Assembly (NCBI GenBank): GCA_000934665.2 | Contig: KZ538074.1 | Coordinates: 62,001-126,000 of the forward strand | Origin: Catajapyx aquilonaris | Lineage: Eukaryota | Reading direction: 5' to 3' | Length of the DNA: 64,000 nucleotides | In this document: positions 35,709 through 49,900 of the stretch, in pieces | How positions within the stretch are numbered: the stretch's first letter is position 1 | How the letters are laid out: each line of letters begins with the position of its first letter | Notes under the pieces: model-generated | What the model was told of the DNA's origin: nothing | The model's input: only the letters and a program-made list of their open reading frames with translations | The model's database searches: none | Made by a program: the position numbers and the translations under genes

Positions 35709-37936
35709 ATCTAACCCCTCTAAATAAATAGGAAATAAGAAAAAGGGACTTCTGTTACTGCAACCTGTGGACTTAAGTGAAACGCCGTTTCTCTCCGGAA
35801 TATAGACCTTGTCCTTCCACATCCTTCAGCGCATGAACTTCATTTCATAATAGTGTCTGTCATGAAACCATTAGCATATAAACCTGTGATGACATTAATT
35901 ACTGTACAGAGGCAAAAAAAAAGGCATAGTTGTCCATGGCCTCAGAGGGCAGCAATTGACAATGAGTGGAATTCCATCCGAAAATTCCATCCATGATGTT
36001 ATGAATCACAGCTTTCATTGCAAATTATGCTTTCCAAATTCCAGCATTTATGGACAAAGGATGACACCATTCCACAATATTTTTACATCAGGGTCATGCC
36101 CAGCATCTATGCCTGACATGGCATTTAAACTGTGGGTTAGAAGTTACTTCACTTCCGTTGAAGTAGCTTTCCCTTGATACAGCAGAATTTCAGAGGTGGC
36201 TGTCATGTTGGCAGGATGCACAACAGTGACTTGTTTCACGAGGTACCAGATGAAGATGTTATTCCGGTTTCTTATATTTTTAAATAGAAAGGACCAGTGT
36301 ATGCCCCATGGACCACTGTGCCCTGCTCTCCCCTACCTACAGGTATGCAGGTTGCATGCACAGCTGTAGATTGTTGCAGCCTGATCAATTCACAAATGAC
36401 ACTTTGGATGGCATACAACTGTTGACCAAAGCAAGGTTGGTGCAAGGTATATGTGCTGTACACTTCAACCATTCTGAATCATTATTATGGCAATAAAGCA
36501 ATGAATTTTTTGAAGAGTGAGTTTTGGGGAATGAAGGAAACTTGTTACCAAAGGTCAGCAATAACACAAAGAAATGTCACTAACCTGTAAATTTTACTTC
36601 ATGTGTCAACTACTTGTTAAAGCCAAGTGACATCTGAGAGATTCACACGTGTCCAAAATAACAATGATATACAAATCACATCATAACCAAAAACACATAA
36701 GGTAAACAGGCACTTACACAACATCAATTGTGGACGGGAAAGAATCCCACTTGTGGCTGCCAAGTAATGACATAATATTATGCTGCACATCCAAGTAGCT
36801 TGGGTCCAAAATTAAAACCTACATAACTAAACACTGAAATTGGCTGCCAAGAACATTAAATATAACAGTATGGACAACAACCACAACAATAGTTAAAATA
36901 TCCATTTGTATAAATTTTTCAATACATAACAGTTATGACCAGAGATGGATGGCTATTAAAAATGGCTTTGATATGTCACTTAAAAAAAGAGTGAGTAAAA
37001 CTTGGAGAGCAAAGGTCTGGATATCATCAAAACATTTGATTCAGGTAAGACTATGATTGATAGTAATCAGCTTCAATTGTTGGTCTGAACTGACTAGATA
37101 CCCTGAGGTTATGAAATGGAATATATTGATGCTCTTGGTAACTTTCGACATCTCGTCTTGTAGATGAATGAAGGAATTCGTGTAGTTCTCATGCAGAATT
37201 TCAGTTGCTGTGGGGTGCAATTGCACTCATATAAAATAATCCCAAAAAGTTTAGTCACAAGCACCCATAAGGATTTCTATTGACCTGCTTTTGAGTTCTT
37301 AAGGCAATTGAAAAATTCACGTGCAAGTCCAGGAAATCATTACCATAGTTAGATCTAAAATATGAAGATAATTTGTGTGTGGACAGTACAGTACCGTTCA
37401 TAAAGAATGGCATGACTCTATTTAGACGAAATGTTTATTCTGTTCCCAACCCCTGGGTCGCCAAGCATGTTTTTAGGGGTCATGAGGAAGTCCGGGAAAA
37501 GGGAATCAAAATAAAATAAAAAGGAGAAGAAAAAAACAAAGCAAAGTAGGAAAATTTTAAGGGGGGAATTCACAAAATCTGCATAAGCATTGCACGTGGT
37601 TGGACATTTTGGTAATTAAAAATTTAATTTAAAAATCGGGATGGGTCATACGAGTCACCAGAGGTCCAGCAAAGGTTGTCCATAGGGTTTCGTCGAAATA
37701 AGGTTGGGAATAATGGTGGATAATCAGGATAAACATTTCATCCATAGTCATACGAGATTCACTGTACAACACATTTGATGTCGCCAGGTAAAATCTCGGA
37801 TTCTGCCCTCAGTTGGTGCAATTATACCATATTTCCCCACAATATGCAACATGTCAGTATAAAGCAGGTATGCTGATGTAGAATGAGGTTTTGTCTACAT
37901 TTTACCTAACTCTCCAAATTATTATTTATTAATATA

Positions 37937-38205
37937 CAGTGGAGCATCGATTATTCGAACACCGATCAACCGAACCATCGGTTAACCTAACATTTTCGGG
38001 TCGGCAAAAAAACGAGCCTCGGCACTCAAGGAAAAGAAATTGGCCTTTTCCCCCTCTAACTGTAGGACTACTTCATGTAAGGACAGTAAGGTATATGTAC
38101 AGTATTTTTAAGACGTGCCTGTGACAGAAAATATACCGTTTTGTGGTTAATGTCACTGTTTCTTAGTTTCATATTGCTCCTATGACACCGGTACCATTTT
38201 TCCCC

Positions 38206-38258
<53 letters not shown>

Positions 38259-38583
38259 GATACCCCGTGATAGGCCTTGGGCCTCTTAGGGGATCATCTT
38301 TTCGTGAACCGACTTTAATCATTGCCTGCGTGTGATGGATTTTGATTGCGGGAGGAAACGGGAGAACCCCGAGAAAACCCACGCGAACACGGAGAGAACC
38401 CATCGCAACTCTATCCACATTAAGTATCTTCTGCGTGACCCGGGGATCGAACTCGGGACCTTAGAGGTGGAAGGCTGTGGCGCTAACCACTTCGCCACCG
38501 TGTCGCCCTATTTTTCCCCATAAATGATCGGTTATCCGAACACCCCCTGGGCAGACTCAGTTTGGATAATCGATGCTCCACTG
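37937..38583. mobile_element. pogo/Tigger-type MITE interrupted by a SINE
   Basis: TA|CAGTGGAGCATCGATTAT...ATAATCGATGCTCCACTG|TA. Confidence 0.85.
38209..38509 (-). mobile_element. SINE family 1
   Basis: Reverse complement of 32829-33105; TSD atttttccccata at 38196-38208 and 38510-38522. Confidence 0.9.
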
Positions 38584-38676
38584 TATTATCATCATCATCA
38601 TCAACATTGAACCAACTCAAGGTAACCTACTTCTTGTATGACACTGAATTTAACAGCAAGGATAGGGTGGAAGTAA

Positions 38677-39058
38677 GGCCCTGGCCACACTAGATGGAAT
38701 TTCCGCGACGGAAAGCCCGTCGCCGAATGATTTCGCAACTTTTTTTCACATGGAATTTCTGTTGACCGCCTTGCCGCCCTTTCAGCTACCAATCCCCTGG
38801 TTTCCATGCCAGCGACCCCGCTTTTTCCGTCGTAGTGTAGCCTTCCCCCGGCGGAATCAATGTATTGCAATGGGATTATTGTCCCCGACGGAATCGGCGG
38901 CCGATTTTTTCAGCTGTGTCTTCAGCTGGTGCTCGACGGAAGGACGGAAAATCCGTCGTGTGTCTCTCATCCTGACAGATTCCCGTTTACTCCCATGTGT
39001 TTGACATTTTTGAGCGGACTGCCACGGCGCGGAAATTTCGTCTAGTGTGGGGGGGGGG
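38677..39058. mobile_element. Harbinger-type MITE
   Basis: TAA|GGCCCTGGCCACACTAGATGGAATTTCCGCG...CGCGGAAATTTCGTCTAGTGTGG. Confidence 0.65.
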
Positions 39059-39534
39059 AAGCTGTGCCCATTCCAAAATTTTACTGGTAGTGGCTGGGAA
39101 AACTTAACAAAATGCCAGTCAGGATGGTCAGTATCAAGGATTGAACCCATGGCTTCCGAAATGACAGCCTACACACCTAACCACTAGCCTAGGATGCCTT
39201 GGGTTTTTCTTTTTCCCCCAAAAGGAATGCACAGAAACAACTTCCCCTCACCCTGTCCCCAGAGCATTTTAAAAATGGCATACAGAGTGTTCTGCTTCAA
39301 GCTATAATAAAAGAAAAATGCATAACTTACAGATTGCTAGTTGCAATGACAGGCCAGTGTGCCAGTGTAAAAAGCAGCCCTGAGCATTTTTTTTTTACAC
39401 GTCTATTACACTTCAAATGAGCTCCATTGGTGGTGAGGCAAATGTCTAACTGGCTGTCTGCCTCAACCTATGTGTTGAGGACCTCCCTTACCTGAAAAGC
39501 ATACCTGGTGTAAGAATGCACAGTCAGCTTCAAT

Positions 39535-40120
39535 TTAGGACAACATTGTTTCCACAAAGTTTTTCCCGGCCATCCTGTCATTCAGCTTCACCTGTTGATG
39601 CACTTGTATCTTGTAGGTACATAAACACAGCCTTTTTTGGAGTACATAATGCACAGTTGTTGGTGGGAATTTTAGCTGGACACTAGCCTGTTGGATGGAT
39701 CTCTTTGGGATTCTCTGAAATGCCTCATGAATCCATTCAATGGTTTTCTCAGACACCTTATGCTTCGTATGGGAACCAGTCATTGGCAGCAAACTTCCTG
39801 ATTCTCAGAGTGTCTTGTCCCACTTCATAATGGACACGTTAAGTTGGGACACCTGCAATTGGCCCAAGATTGTACTCGCGGCAGAAACGGCACTGTACAA
39901 GCATCACAGACTTCAGTTCTGCAAGTGCCAGCACACAAAAAACTTTCTGCTGTGGGGTCCACATGGTGACAGATACCTCTCCGGCTGATAGCTTCTGTGC
40001 ATGCTCTGCACACCAAGATGTGCTATGGATCTGCTCCTTGAACTGTCGCACACCTTCTGTCATTACAACTAGTATTGTGTATGCCATGAATTTTTCTTTT
40101 ATTGTAGCTATATATCATCC
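39535..40120 (-). pseudogene. Tc1/mariner transposase N-terminal remnant
   Basis: MWTPQQKVFCVLALAELKSVMLVQCRFCREY...(stops)...IHEAFQRIPKRSIQQASVQL...VHYVLQKRLCLCTYKIQVHQQVKLNDR is typical of the paired HTH region; no catalytic domain follows. Confidence 0.8.
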
Positions 40121-41007
40121 TATATTTAAATTAAGCATATCATATGGGTGTACATGAGAAATCCACTAACAGTAAGTCCAAAAAACCCATTTCGAGATAA
40201 TCCAAAGTAAAGATTTGCTTACATTGTAGTTAATACAAATTCCTGGCCTCCTGGCTCATTCAGAATTAAGTGGACTCCACCAGATGATAGAGCAGAAAAA
40301 ACTATACCATTCTTACAAGGTAACCTTGCGAAGTACTATGCAAAGTTCATGTCCAAATTATTTTTTTCGGGTACTCTCTCTGCTAGAGAGAATCCACTTC
40401 CAGAAAATTTTTCCATCTCAAGTGTTTTTGATACTGGGGATCAAAAATAGGAAACACTATGAAAGGCCCCAAGGAAGCTATTATCAGTGCTATCGATGAG
40501 ATTTTTGGTACCCAGAATTTTTTTGGGATGAGAAATACGATGGCAAAGGTGGAAATTGTGAATTATGCAATTTAATGGTATTTCTTGGGGAGGGGGATGG
40601 GGTTAAAATTGATTTAAAAAAACAGTACACATCTTTAGACCAGGAGGACTTTCAAGAGGACCAATGTGGCCAAAGTTGCTGGGACAAGGTTTTTACTAAA
40701 AGCAGAGGTGATGGACTCCCAGCAGTGTGATCTGGTGGCCTTATGCAAAGGTAACAGTCTCACAAAAGGAGTATTGCAAAACTTTTCTGATGGTGAGAGA
40801 AAGCACACAAATACCCCTGAATAGAGGAAACCAAATACAGATGTGGACTTTCAATTCCGTATTCCACTCATATCGATGATGCATTGTGGTGCATAATGTT
40901 TGCAACTGGAAGGTTAAAATGTCAGATGGCAAGTAATGTAGGTATTGCCAGTTGTTGCCATTAAGCAATATGTATGCTCATTGCATTATGGTACAAAATG
41001 TCCTCAT

Positions 41008-41113
41008 GTACTATATCGCCCAAAAAGATAGAGATGATTTTGCATTTGACGCAAGTGCAACTTGCACTTGAATCAAATGCCAATCGTCTCTCTCTTTTTG
41101 AGCGATATAGTAC
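41008..41113. mobile_element. GTAC-bounded palindromic mini-element, family A
   Basis: GTACTATATCGCCCAAAAA...TTTTTGAGCGATATAGTAC. Confidence 0.8.
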
Positions 41114-41249
41114 TTATGTTGATCAATGGTAAACTCATTCTAAATGTTCAGGAACTTTTACTTGCGATATGCAAAATAATGTCCAAAAGCAAGTCTTAAA
41201 TGCTATTTGGGGGTGATAATCCTGTTCCAATATTTCATCACTGGTACTA

Positions 41250-41849
41250 CAGTAAAATTGATATAAGTCGAAGTTCTCTAAGTCGAAGTTCTCTACAAGT
41301 CGAAGAAAATGATGAACTTGGTTGGTCACAATGTCAAATAATAGGAAATAAACTTCCCTAGCTCGAATTTCTATAACTCGAAGTTCTCCATAACTCGAAG
41401 TGCAGGCAGGGCCTTACGATGGGATATCAATGCATTTTCAGTCTCCTTAAGTCGAAGGTCATGTTGGAGAGTACATAAAATTGTCTTATTTCCCACCCGA
41501 AGGGTAGAGAGTAAGCCACATGTACAGATAGGCTCAATTTCCTGATCTCCGTCTACCAGACGTACCGAAAGAAGACGTGTTTGACTATATTTATTGAATC
41601 CTTGAATCTAAGAGTAGGCAAAATGTCCATAACGGAGATTTTTTTTTACAACAAAACAATGAGGAACATTGTAAATGTGATAGTGACAGTTGTTTTTAAA
41701 TTTTGAACACCTTGCGTCGCTGAATATAAAGGCAGGCTTCCTTATAGAGTTACGTGCTTTAAAAAATCCAGACTTCTCTAACTCGAATCTTCTATAACTC
41801 GAAGCTTTTTCCCGGTCCCATGGAGATTCGACTTATAGAAGTTTTACTG
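41250..41849. mobile_element. pogo/Tigger-type MITE
   Basis: TA|CAGTAAAATTGATATAAGTCGAA...TTCGACTTATAGAAGTTTTACTG|TA with taactcgaa repeats. Confidence 0.8.
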
Positions 41850-42141
41850 TACTTCATTACAGCACAGGATGCAAATGTCAAAAACATATCCCTATTTGCA
41901 CTGGTCAAATGGGTGCCAAAGTCTATCCTGAAAATGTTCTGAAGAGACCTTTGCTCTCACATGAAACTCCTTCCCCCCCATTCTTATTCACCCCTTCCCC
42001 ACCCCTTAAAATGGTCAACCCTCCCTCCCTCCCTCCCTCCTGGTGTGTTAAGGCTCATATCGAAGTGGCAGCAATGCTAAATCTACCGGCGAGAACTGCA
42101 ATGTGATTGGTCAGCTTTGGCCCCGCCCACCCACTGGGTCA

Positions 42142-45100
42142 TCAGCTGAACTTCAGCCCCTTTGGACCGATCAAAAGCTCTCGGTCATAAAAGTCCCAGT
42201 AGGCCGTCATGTGGTACGCCATGTTGGTCATCACTACCACATACTCACATAGGGCGAAGCACGTATATACTGAAAAGATTAAGCTTGTTTAACATCAGCA
42301 ATAATATAGAGGTACAACACACCTTTACCATAATTTTCACAGTGCCAGTTGTGCCGTGTGAAGAAGTAACCAGCAAGGAAGAAAAATATTATATTGGTGA
42401 GCATGAGCTTCCCCTTGATGCTGAGTGAACGGGCTTCAACTGCATTTGCTGGCACATAGCGGTTGTACTTCAATAAATAACACATCAGCATCATATATAT
42501 TTCCGATGTAATCATAAATGTGATGAAGCACTTTTCGTGGATAGCTGAGAAGAAAGAGAAGATCATGATATGTTGCAAGCTGATGTAAATGCACTGAGGT
42601 TTGAACATGATGGGATGGATCAGTAAATCCCTTCTAGCCACCACATTTTCCTATTTCTTTTTCTGATTTTCAAATTACCATCGCCATAAATTTTGATGTT
42701 AATAGCTTTAATATTCCAACATGATTTCTCCAGCTATTACTGTGCCCAGTTACACTATTGACTTCCTTCTTACCTGTTCACTGCAGCTGCTACTTAATGT
42801 ATGGAAAACGAGAGAACGATATGACATCATCGTTTCTTCCATTGTTGCTTTTTGTTGACACTGTTGACTCATATATTGTTCTGTGAGGGTATTTCCATGG
42901 AAACCTTGACGACGTCAGATCGTTCTCTCATATTCCGTATATTATCTTATGTTACTTCCAAAGACAATTTTTAAGGTCACAGAGTTGTACATTGTTATCT
43001 GTTGCAATTTTAAATTGAGCATGGAGAAACCAAACTCAGCAAGTCACATCCACCAGATTTTTCCACAAAAGCCTTGTTATTAGACAACCAATAAATCAAT
43101 AATTCATACTAAGTGTTTTGTTGCAAAATCTATCTGCAATTGTTTCACTGAATTCAATGTTCCTCATCTTTGGATAAGCTTTTATTTACTTCAAAAATGT
43201 TTAACTGATAAATATTGCAGTTCTCGTGTTGTTTCATCCTGCATGTCACATACAGAGTGAACCAAGTTGGGGTACACATTCCACCCAGGGAAATGCATTC
43301 CCCTACCTCCACCCCATCTTTTGATTCAAACCCAGTGTACATGATAAATGCAAACAATGCTGGTCCCAATAAGTGTTAATGACAAATTCCTGAATAAGTA
43401 AAGGTTCATTCAGATGGCAAACTTCCACTCCAGAAGTTCTGATTGCAATCTCCAGTTACCCTTGGCTATGCTAGGGCCAGTTGTATGAACATTAGTTACA
43501 TGTAACGATGGAGTTAGTGTATGTGTAAACAACAGCTAACTCCAAACATTAACTCATGTTAATACAAATTATAAAAGAAATCAGCGTTTACTCCAAAAAA
43601 ATTAAAGGAGGAACACAACCATACCCAAAGTAGCAAGTCAAAAACAGGATAACAATGAACACAGATTATAGCAACACTACACATATTTACAGCCTTCAGG
43701 CCCATTCACACAGCCCATCGATGGTTTTGGTGTTTGGTCGCATTGGTTGACGCCGCAGACCAATCATGACTCATGTAAACAAGCTGTAAACAATGTGTTA
43801 CCCTTGTTTACACGAGTCATGATTGGTCCGTGGCGTCAACGCGACCAAAACCGTCGACGGCCTGTGTGAATGGGTCTTTATCCTGTTTTCCTACCCTTTT
43901 TTGGGGGTATGACCCTGTGATAAGGCCAGAGGCCCTCTTAGGGGGGGTGGACATAGTTTCTATTCAATTTTTCGTATTTTTCCTCAAACTCCGTGCAGGG
44001 AAGAAAGGACATGGGGGTAGGGATGGGGATTTTTCGGGGAGGAGACACGGGTGCTAGTGCAATGTCTGAAACTGGGTCATGTGCAGTCTCCCTGGAGGTT
44101 AGGTTGCCAGACGCCTCCAAGGCGCGGGTCAGAGTCCCTCCTGACGCAGGCGAAAGGGAACTCCCAGGCAGGGATCGAGCCCGGGACCTTTCACTCAGCA
44201 AGCCGAGTCGTTACCAACTCGGCCACCACGCCTCTCGTTTCCCTACTATTTTGCTGTGAGAATTCCATATCCTGGGTCTAAATTTTTGGGAAAAATTGCT
44301 CCATGTAATTTTTATATGCTGATATAATGCAGTGCTAATTCCAATGTAAATAACCATGTACATGGTGAAGGGAAACTTGTGGACAATCGCCAGGTTGACT
44401 GATCGTACTCGTAAAACTAATATAGGGATGTGAAATTAGTTTTGGTTGGACGCCTTTGCATAGTTAATGCGTACAGTGCCTTTAAAGTGTAGAGGGCCGG
44501 ATGGTAAAATAAGAGGTAAAAATGACAAAGTGAACGGGTTAGTACCCAGATTCTTACTCTGACGAGATTTGATCGCCTACTGCACCTGGACGATGTGTTG
44601 CAGAACGAAGGCTGGATTGTTCGGAGGCCCTCAAGATAGCTGTTGCTTCTTAGAAGCTGGCAGAAAGGATGTAATGTCACAAAACTTTAAAGGGGCCGTA
44701 CGCATTAACTACACAACGGCGCCCAAAACTAATTTCACATCCCTATATTAGTTTTACGAGTACGATCAGTCAACCTGGCGATTGTCCACAAGTTTCCCTT
44801 CACCATGTATAATGAGCCTTATTATAATCTGAAATATGTACTTTCATAACAAAACTTCAACAAGTTTCCCAAAAAATAGTTAAATGGGAGGAGGAGTGGA
44901 AGAAGCTGCTTGATGCTAGCCATCACTTATTTCTGCTCGAAGGGATTCACTGAAAAACCTCAGGTAAATATTGCACATTTTAAAATATGGCAATTGTTGA
45001 TCAAAGATTCAACACACCATAGTTCTCAGAGGAAGAGACATAGGTGAGTCCTATCAGGGAGAGATTTTCCATCACATTTAGCATGCAGGCAACTCTTGCA

Positions 45101-48100
45101 AGGACCCAACTCCATTCATATAAGACAGACTTCATGTACTTGTAGTACATGGCCGCTGCTAGCAGTCGGGGGGCTGCATGGAGGGCAATGGCCACCCGCC
45201 ACACATACCGCTGAGGTGAAAAAGTACCGATGGCTGCTGAGATGGATGGCAGAAAATTGTGGACCTGCCAGTAGCATGAAGAAGGATTAACACTATCAAA
45301 TATCAGTTAATTCTGCAGAATAGTTTTCGAACTAAGTTGGGCAAAAATATTGATGCCATTTTGAATCAGTATATTTTTTCTGATATAGTACCTTTGCACA
45401 GGAATTCCAGCCTACATCAGAAATGGTTATTAGAAATGTCAGAATTGTTACACTTACTCAATGGGTGCTCTCCCAAAATCTATTTGCCAACAATAGCTTC
45501 ATTTTTTGAAATTTCTTGCATTGTCCAAAAACCTCCCTAATACACAAAAAGGATACCCACAATGATTCATTTTGCAGTGCTTCTAATATAAGTAGTAGGT
45601 AATTATATCAGATGCCAAGATGAAACTTCATTCTACCCAATTTATTATGTAAGATGTGAAAATCTGCATTTGAAACTCATCCAAATTACTAGCAAAATAA
45701 ACTAGGGAATCTGTGCTATGCCTATTTTGCTCTGGGCAGTAAGATTTTTTGTGGAAAAGGTGTGTAATACTGTGAATGAAGATAGTGAAAGATAGAATTG
45801 CCAAGCAGAGATGCAACTGTCAAAATATTTAAACTGTGCTATTTTTTCAATCTTCAAACAGCTGCATGTGTGGGACGGAATGTGCAGAAATGTTAATCTT
45901 TATTTTGATAGCAAAGGTCAATGAAGCCCCATTTTCAAAGGTGCATGTTGCTTTTTAAGGAAGGCTTTTAATGAAATCAATTATTGCTCAAAATTTTCTG
46001 AAAACACACACAAACACCGTCATGTAGTGTTGATAACCCTTAGGGTGGGGAAATACTACGGCAACCTCATCAATTTCATTAAATGTTAATTTTCTTAAAT
46101 AAGATGCAACTTAAAAAACTGGATCTCACTTAGTAGTGCTGTAAAAATTATAAGTGAAATTCTTACACTTTCCAAGCTCTCCTGTGGCCCTTTAAAGTTT
46201 CATAAAATGGCATATTTGCAATATTTCGACCCCTGTCTCTTAACGTGTCACTCTTGCAATTCTAACTTTCACTTTTGTAAATTGCATTATTATGCATACT
46301 TTGCAGCAATTAGTACCTGGGCCACAAGATGCTGCTCACATCTTCAGGACCTGTACCCTACAAAAAGTAAATGGGGCACGCAGCCTCTTATGATGCGAAA
46401 TGGTGATGAAGGGGTTAGTATGGCCATGCTCTCAGCCAGTCCTTTAATGATTTCTGCTTGTCAATGGATTCTTAGTTTGGGCTTTGGATCGCTTCAGTTT
46501 CTCTAATCAATTAAAGGGTCTCTCCACTCAAAATACAAGTTGGCCTCTAAAAATCAGGCAAAAAATCCTGATTCCGAGAATGCGATGCGTTTATCTCTGA
46601 GGCGACAGGGGAAGAGACGAAAGTCGGATAAAATTCGAGGTCTGATCGAGCGTGGCGCCGTGCTGCCCCCCGGCCACCAGGCGAAGTTGGATGCGGATCC
46701 CCCGCGGGTTTGAAATACAATTCGGTCGTATATTTCTGGCTGCTGCCAATGCATATGTTGTCACCGAGGTGTTGCTTTTCGGCAAAGGCGAGGTCCTAAA
46801 AGTAAAACACCTCGGTCCTCGGTGATAACATATTTGTTTGTTTGTTTGTTTTACCCCGTGATAGGCCTACAAAGGCCCTGTTGGGGGGTGGTACACCACC
46901 ATCAATTTTCTAGTATAATTTTTCTTTCCTCCAGTGCAAGGGGACAGGATAGGGATAATGAGGGGGGGACACTGGTGCAGGTGCAATGTCTCAAGTTGGG
47001 GGTCGTGTGCAGTCCCTCAAGGGGCCCATTCACCAAGATGACCCCCTAGATGCAGGTCAGAAACCACTGACACTGCACCTCCTCATGGACAGGACAGGAA
47101 TAGGAAAGGAAGGAAACGGCTGTGGCCTATTATTTAGGGAGCAATCCCGGAATTCTGCTGAGGGGACCGTGGGAAACCACAGAAAACCACGGTTAGGATT
47201 GCTGGCCCCGGGACTCGAACCCAGGACCTCCCGATTAGCAGTCGAACACCTTCTCCACTCCACCAAACTGCTTCGGTCATGGTGACAACATATACATTGG
47301 CAGCAGCCAGAAATATCAGACCGAACTGCCTTTCAAACCCGCCGGTGATCCGCATCCAACTTCCTCAGGCAGCCGCCAGGTGGCCGGGGGAAGTGTGGGC
47401 TGTACTAAAGGGGCAGGGGGATAGCAGCCGGCCTACTTTGACCATTATTTCTCGGATTACCGTTCACCGTAAAAAAAAAACGATGGTATCACCGGAATCC
47501 GGATTTTTTGCCTGATTTTTAGAGACCAACTTGTATTTTGAGTGGAGTGTCCCTTTTTTAACGCTTGAGGGGGGGCAAGTTTTCTTCTTTCCCAATTGTG
47601 GCCACTGTTATTATTCATTCACCTAGTTATTGCCAAATGCATCAACACCAGATTCGAGGTCTGATGACGCCCAAGCCTACTGTTACTGCCAAATGCACCA
47701 ATGCAAGATTTTGATGGCAGGTTACCGCCTCTTTTCGGGACTAATGCGGATATTTGCTGGTGACTCCAAGCCCAACCCTACTGCGATGCCGCATGGCTTC
47801 GTGACGTCTGCACATCTATGGACTTTACCTCATTCTGTAATATGAGGAAATTTATGTGTGCTCACTTTTGGTGGCCCATTGTAATAATAGTACACTAGAA
47901 GGTATATATTCCTGCAACAAACACTGCAATAATCAATATCATAATGTCAGTTTTGGTGAACAAAATGTGTCTTTAAATAATTAAATAAAAGTAGCATATG
48001 TCATAGCCAGCAAAATGCAATAAAAATCTGGTACCTTCCAACCTCTTCCTGGGGGAGAGGGGGGGGGGGGGAGCAAAGTGAATCACATGTGTAATTCTGT

Positions 48101-49595
48101 CAAGGTCACTGCACATACCTCTGCTGCAAATTCATATTTCATGCTATTGTTACTGTGCACTTTTTAACAGTGCAGCACAACTTTATAATCAAGGAAACAA
48201 ATGTGAAGGCCAAGTGCAAACTTTTTTTTTATTGAAAAGCCCACCACATAATTTTTATCTCCCATGACTAAATTGAAGATGATGCCAACTTTCACTGCCA
48301 TGGTTTGGTTTGTGATCTTTCCAAGATTCACATAAACTTACATGAATAAGTGGATATCACCAAAAATCCCCGAATTCTCAGCAGCTGGTAAATTTTTAAA
48401 AAAAAAATGATTATTTGACCTCAAAAGCATGAGACAAGACCCATTGCACAGTAACTGAACATCTTAACATCCATATTGGCAGAAATGTTGAATACATTCA
48501 CAAGTCCTCTTGGCCTCCTGAAGGAGAGTAAAGGGAGAGAAAGGGTGTCCATTTGGTTCATCTGACCAACTAAAATTGGTAGCTCAGGAATACCAACTTG
48601 ACGCAGGACAGTTGATGACATTTCAACCTATATGGATGTGAGCTAAATAAAATATGAAACATACCATAATTATTTTTTTCCAAATAGCATTTTATGAACT
48701 CTGGCGCTGCACGCTTAATTACAAAAAAAAAACACAGACACACACACATTCAGACCCATGGAGTAAATAAATACCCCATTGTCCTTATGGATCCTGCGTT
48801 CCCCCAATTCCTGCTACCTGGTCAATGCCTATCTAGGATACATTACTAACCATTCAACTGTGGCGTGTATATTTCCCAATATTTCACTTTTTGTCTAAGT
48901 CACAAAAATAAACAAAAGTAATTGGAAATATAAGAACATACAATCCCTGTTAGAAGGCAGCAATGATAACAAAAGCTAATCACTCTCATGATACACAAAT
49001 TATGCATGAGAAATTAGGCACAGGACTGCAGGTGAACTGCAAAAAAGACTAATTTATTATACAATTATATAACCTCTGCATGTATCTGACCAATCACTGG
49101 AGGTTTCCTTGCTGATATCACTAGATGGCTAGGTGTGTGCACCTTATGGAATCAGAATAAATTATTATTTTTTGCAGCTCACCATACCAAGTTAAATACA
49201 TTGGCCCAGGTGCAAGGGGCATCAAGTACCCTGCTGGGCATTTTACTTAGCCAGTCAACTACTCAATTCTCTATTCATACTATCAAATGATAGTGATTAC
49301 AAATGCCACTTCATCACTCTCACAGTACTTTCGCCAGTTTCAAACCATATAATTTTCAGCATAACAAGACTCTAAGTGTTCTGTCCTAAAATAAAATGAT
49401 AGTCAACACTGTCATTACCCCGCAGTGAGTGGATGTAGCCTCGTTGAAGTTGGCATACAAAGACCAGATGACACAGAAGGCGAAGCTTCCCAAGGGCAAG
49501 GAAACTGTGGCCCAGGCTACATTCCGGAATGGTAGCTTGATGATGATATTCTCAAGCTTACCACCTCCCAGGGCCTGGTACTTATTGCTGGTCAT
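42142..49595 (-). CDS. PGAP2: Post-GPI attachment to proteins factor 2 (Frag1/DRAM/Sfk1 family); exons 49595-49419, 45264-45018, 42544-42329, 42269-42142
   Basis: [17 protein letters not shown]...[23 protein letters not shown]...[17 protein letters not shown]...[31 protein letters not shown]...[40 protein letters not shown]. All introns are GT-AG with consistent phases; 768 nt, 255 aa. Confidence 0.93.
43698..43877. mobile_element. Harbinger-type palindromic MITE
   Basis: AGGCCCATTCACACAG...CTGTGTGAATGGGTCT|TTA. Confidence 0.7.
43897..44236 (-). mobile_element. SINE family 3
   Basis: Head gagaggcgtggtggccgagttggtaacg...gggctcgatccc; homologous to 27291-27623. Confidence 0.85.
44361..44807. 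mobile_element. Tc1/mariner-type MITE with ~80-bp perfect TIRs
   Basis: TA|CATGGTGAAGGGAAACTTGTGG...CCACAAGTTTCCCTTCACCATG|TA; a related left end is at ~62933. Confidence 0.85.
46515..47554. mobile_element. Kolobok-type fold-back element interrupted by a SINE
   Basis: TTAA|AGGGTCTCTCCACTCAAAATACAAGTTGG...CCAACTTGTATTTTGAGTGGAGTGTCCCT. Confidence 0.75.
46834..47280 (-). mobile_element. SINE with family-4 head and family-3-like 3' region
   Basis: 47085-47280 matches 24219-24405; 46850-47000 resembles the family 3 3' half; TSD ggtga(t/c)aacatat. Confidence 0.8.
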
Positions 49596-49689
49596 TCTCC
49601 TTTCCTTCTACCCTTCTCACAACCCAATGCTGCAGCTGGTGATCTGCTCTTTCCTGCATTCACTACCCAACTGCTACTGGCGCTATGGA

Positions 49690-49900
49690 AGTATGGGCGC
49701 ATACATGTTGGAAACCTGATCATGTGATATCTATAAGAATTGGCCATTGGTTGGGAGAAGGGTAGAGTGGAAAGATGGTTGCGTACTGGGACGTCAACAT
49801 TTGCTTCAAGAGAGGGTGGGGAAGGGGGAGTGCAATGCAGCTGAGAGGGTTGTAAGTACTGCGGTAATTCCGGTTGGCGCCAAGATCAAACGGGTAGGAT
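49690..49900. promoter_or_regulatory. Probable PGAP2/ATG13 divergent promoter region
   Basis: Tandem ATTGG (CCAAT on the - strand) at ~49739-49750, a GACGTCA CRE-like site at ~49790, and position between head-to-head genes. Confidence 0.5.

Noticed and set aside
35950..36300. Minus-strand HPANMTA motif suggestive of a pogo/Tigger DDE remnant
   Set aside because: A single short motif among many stops; needs a profile search.
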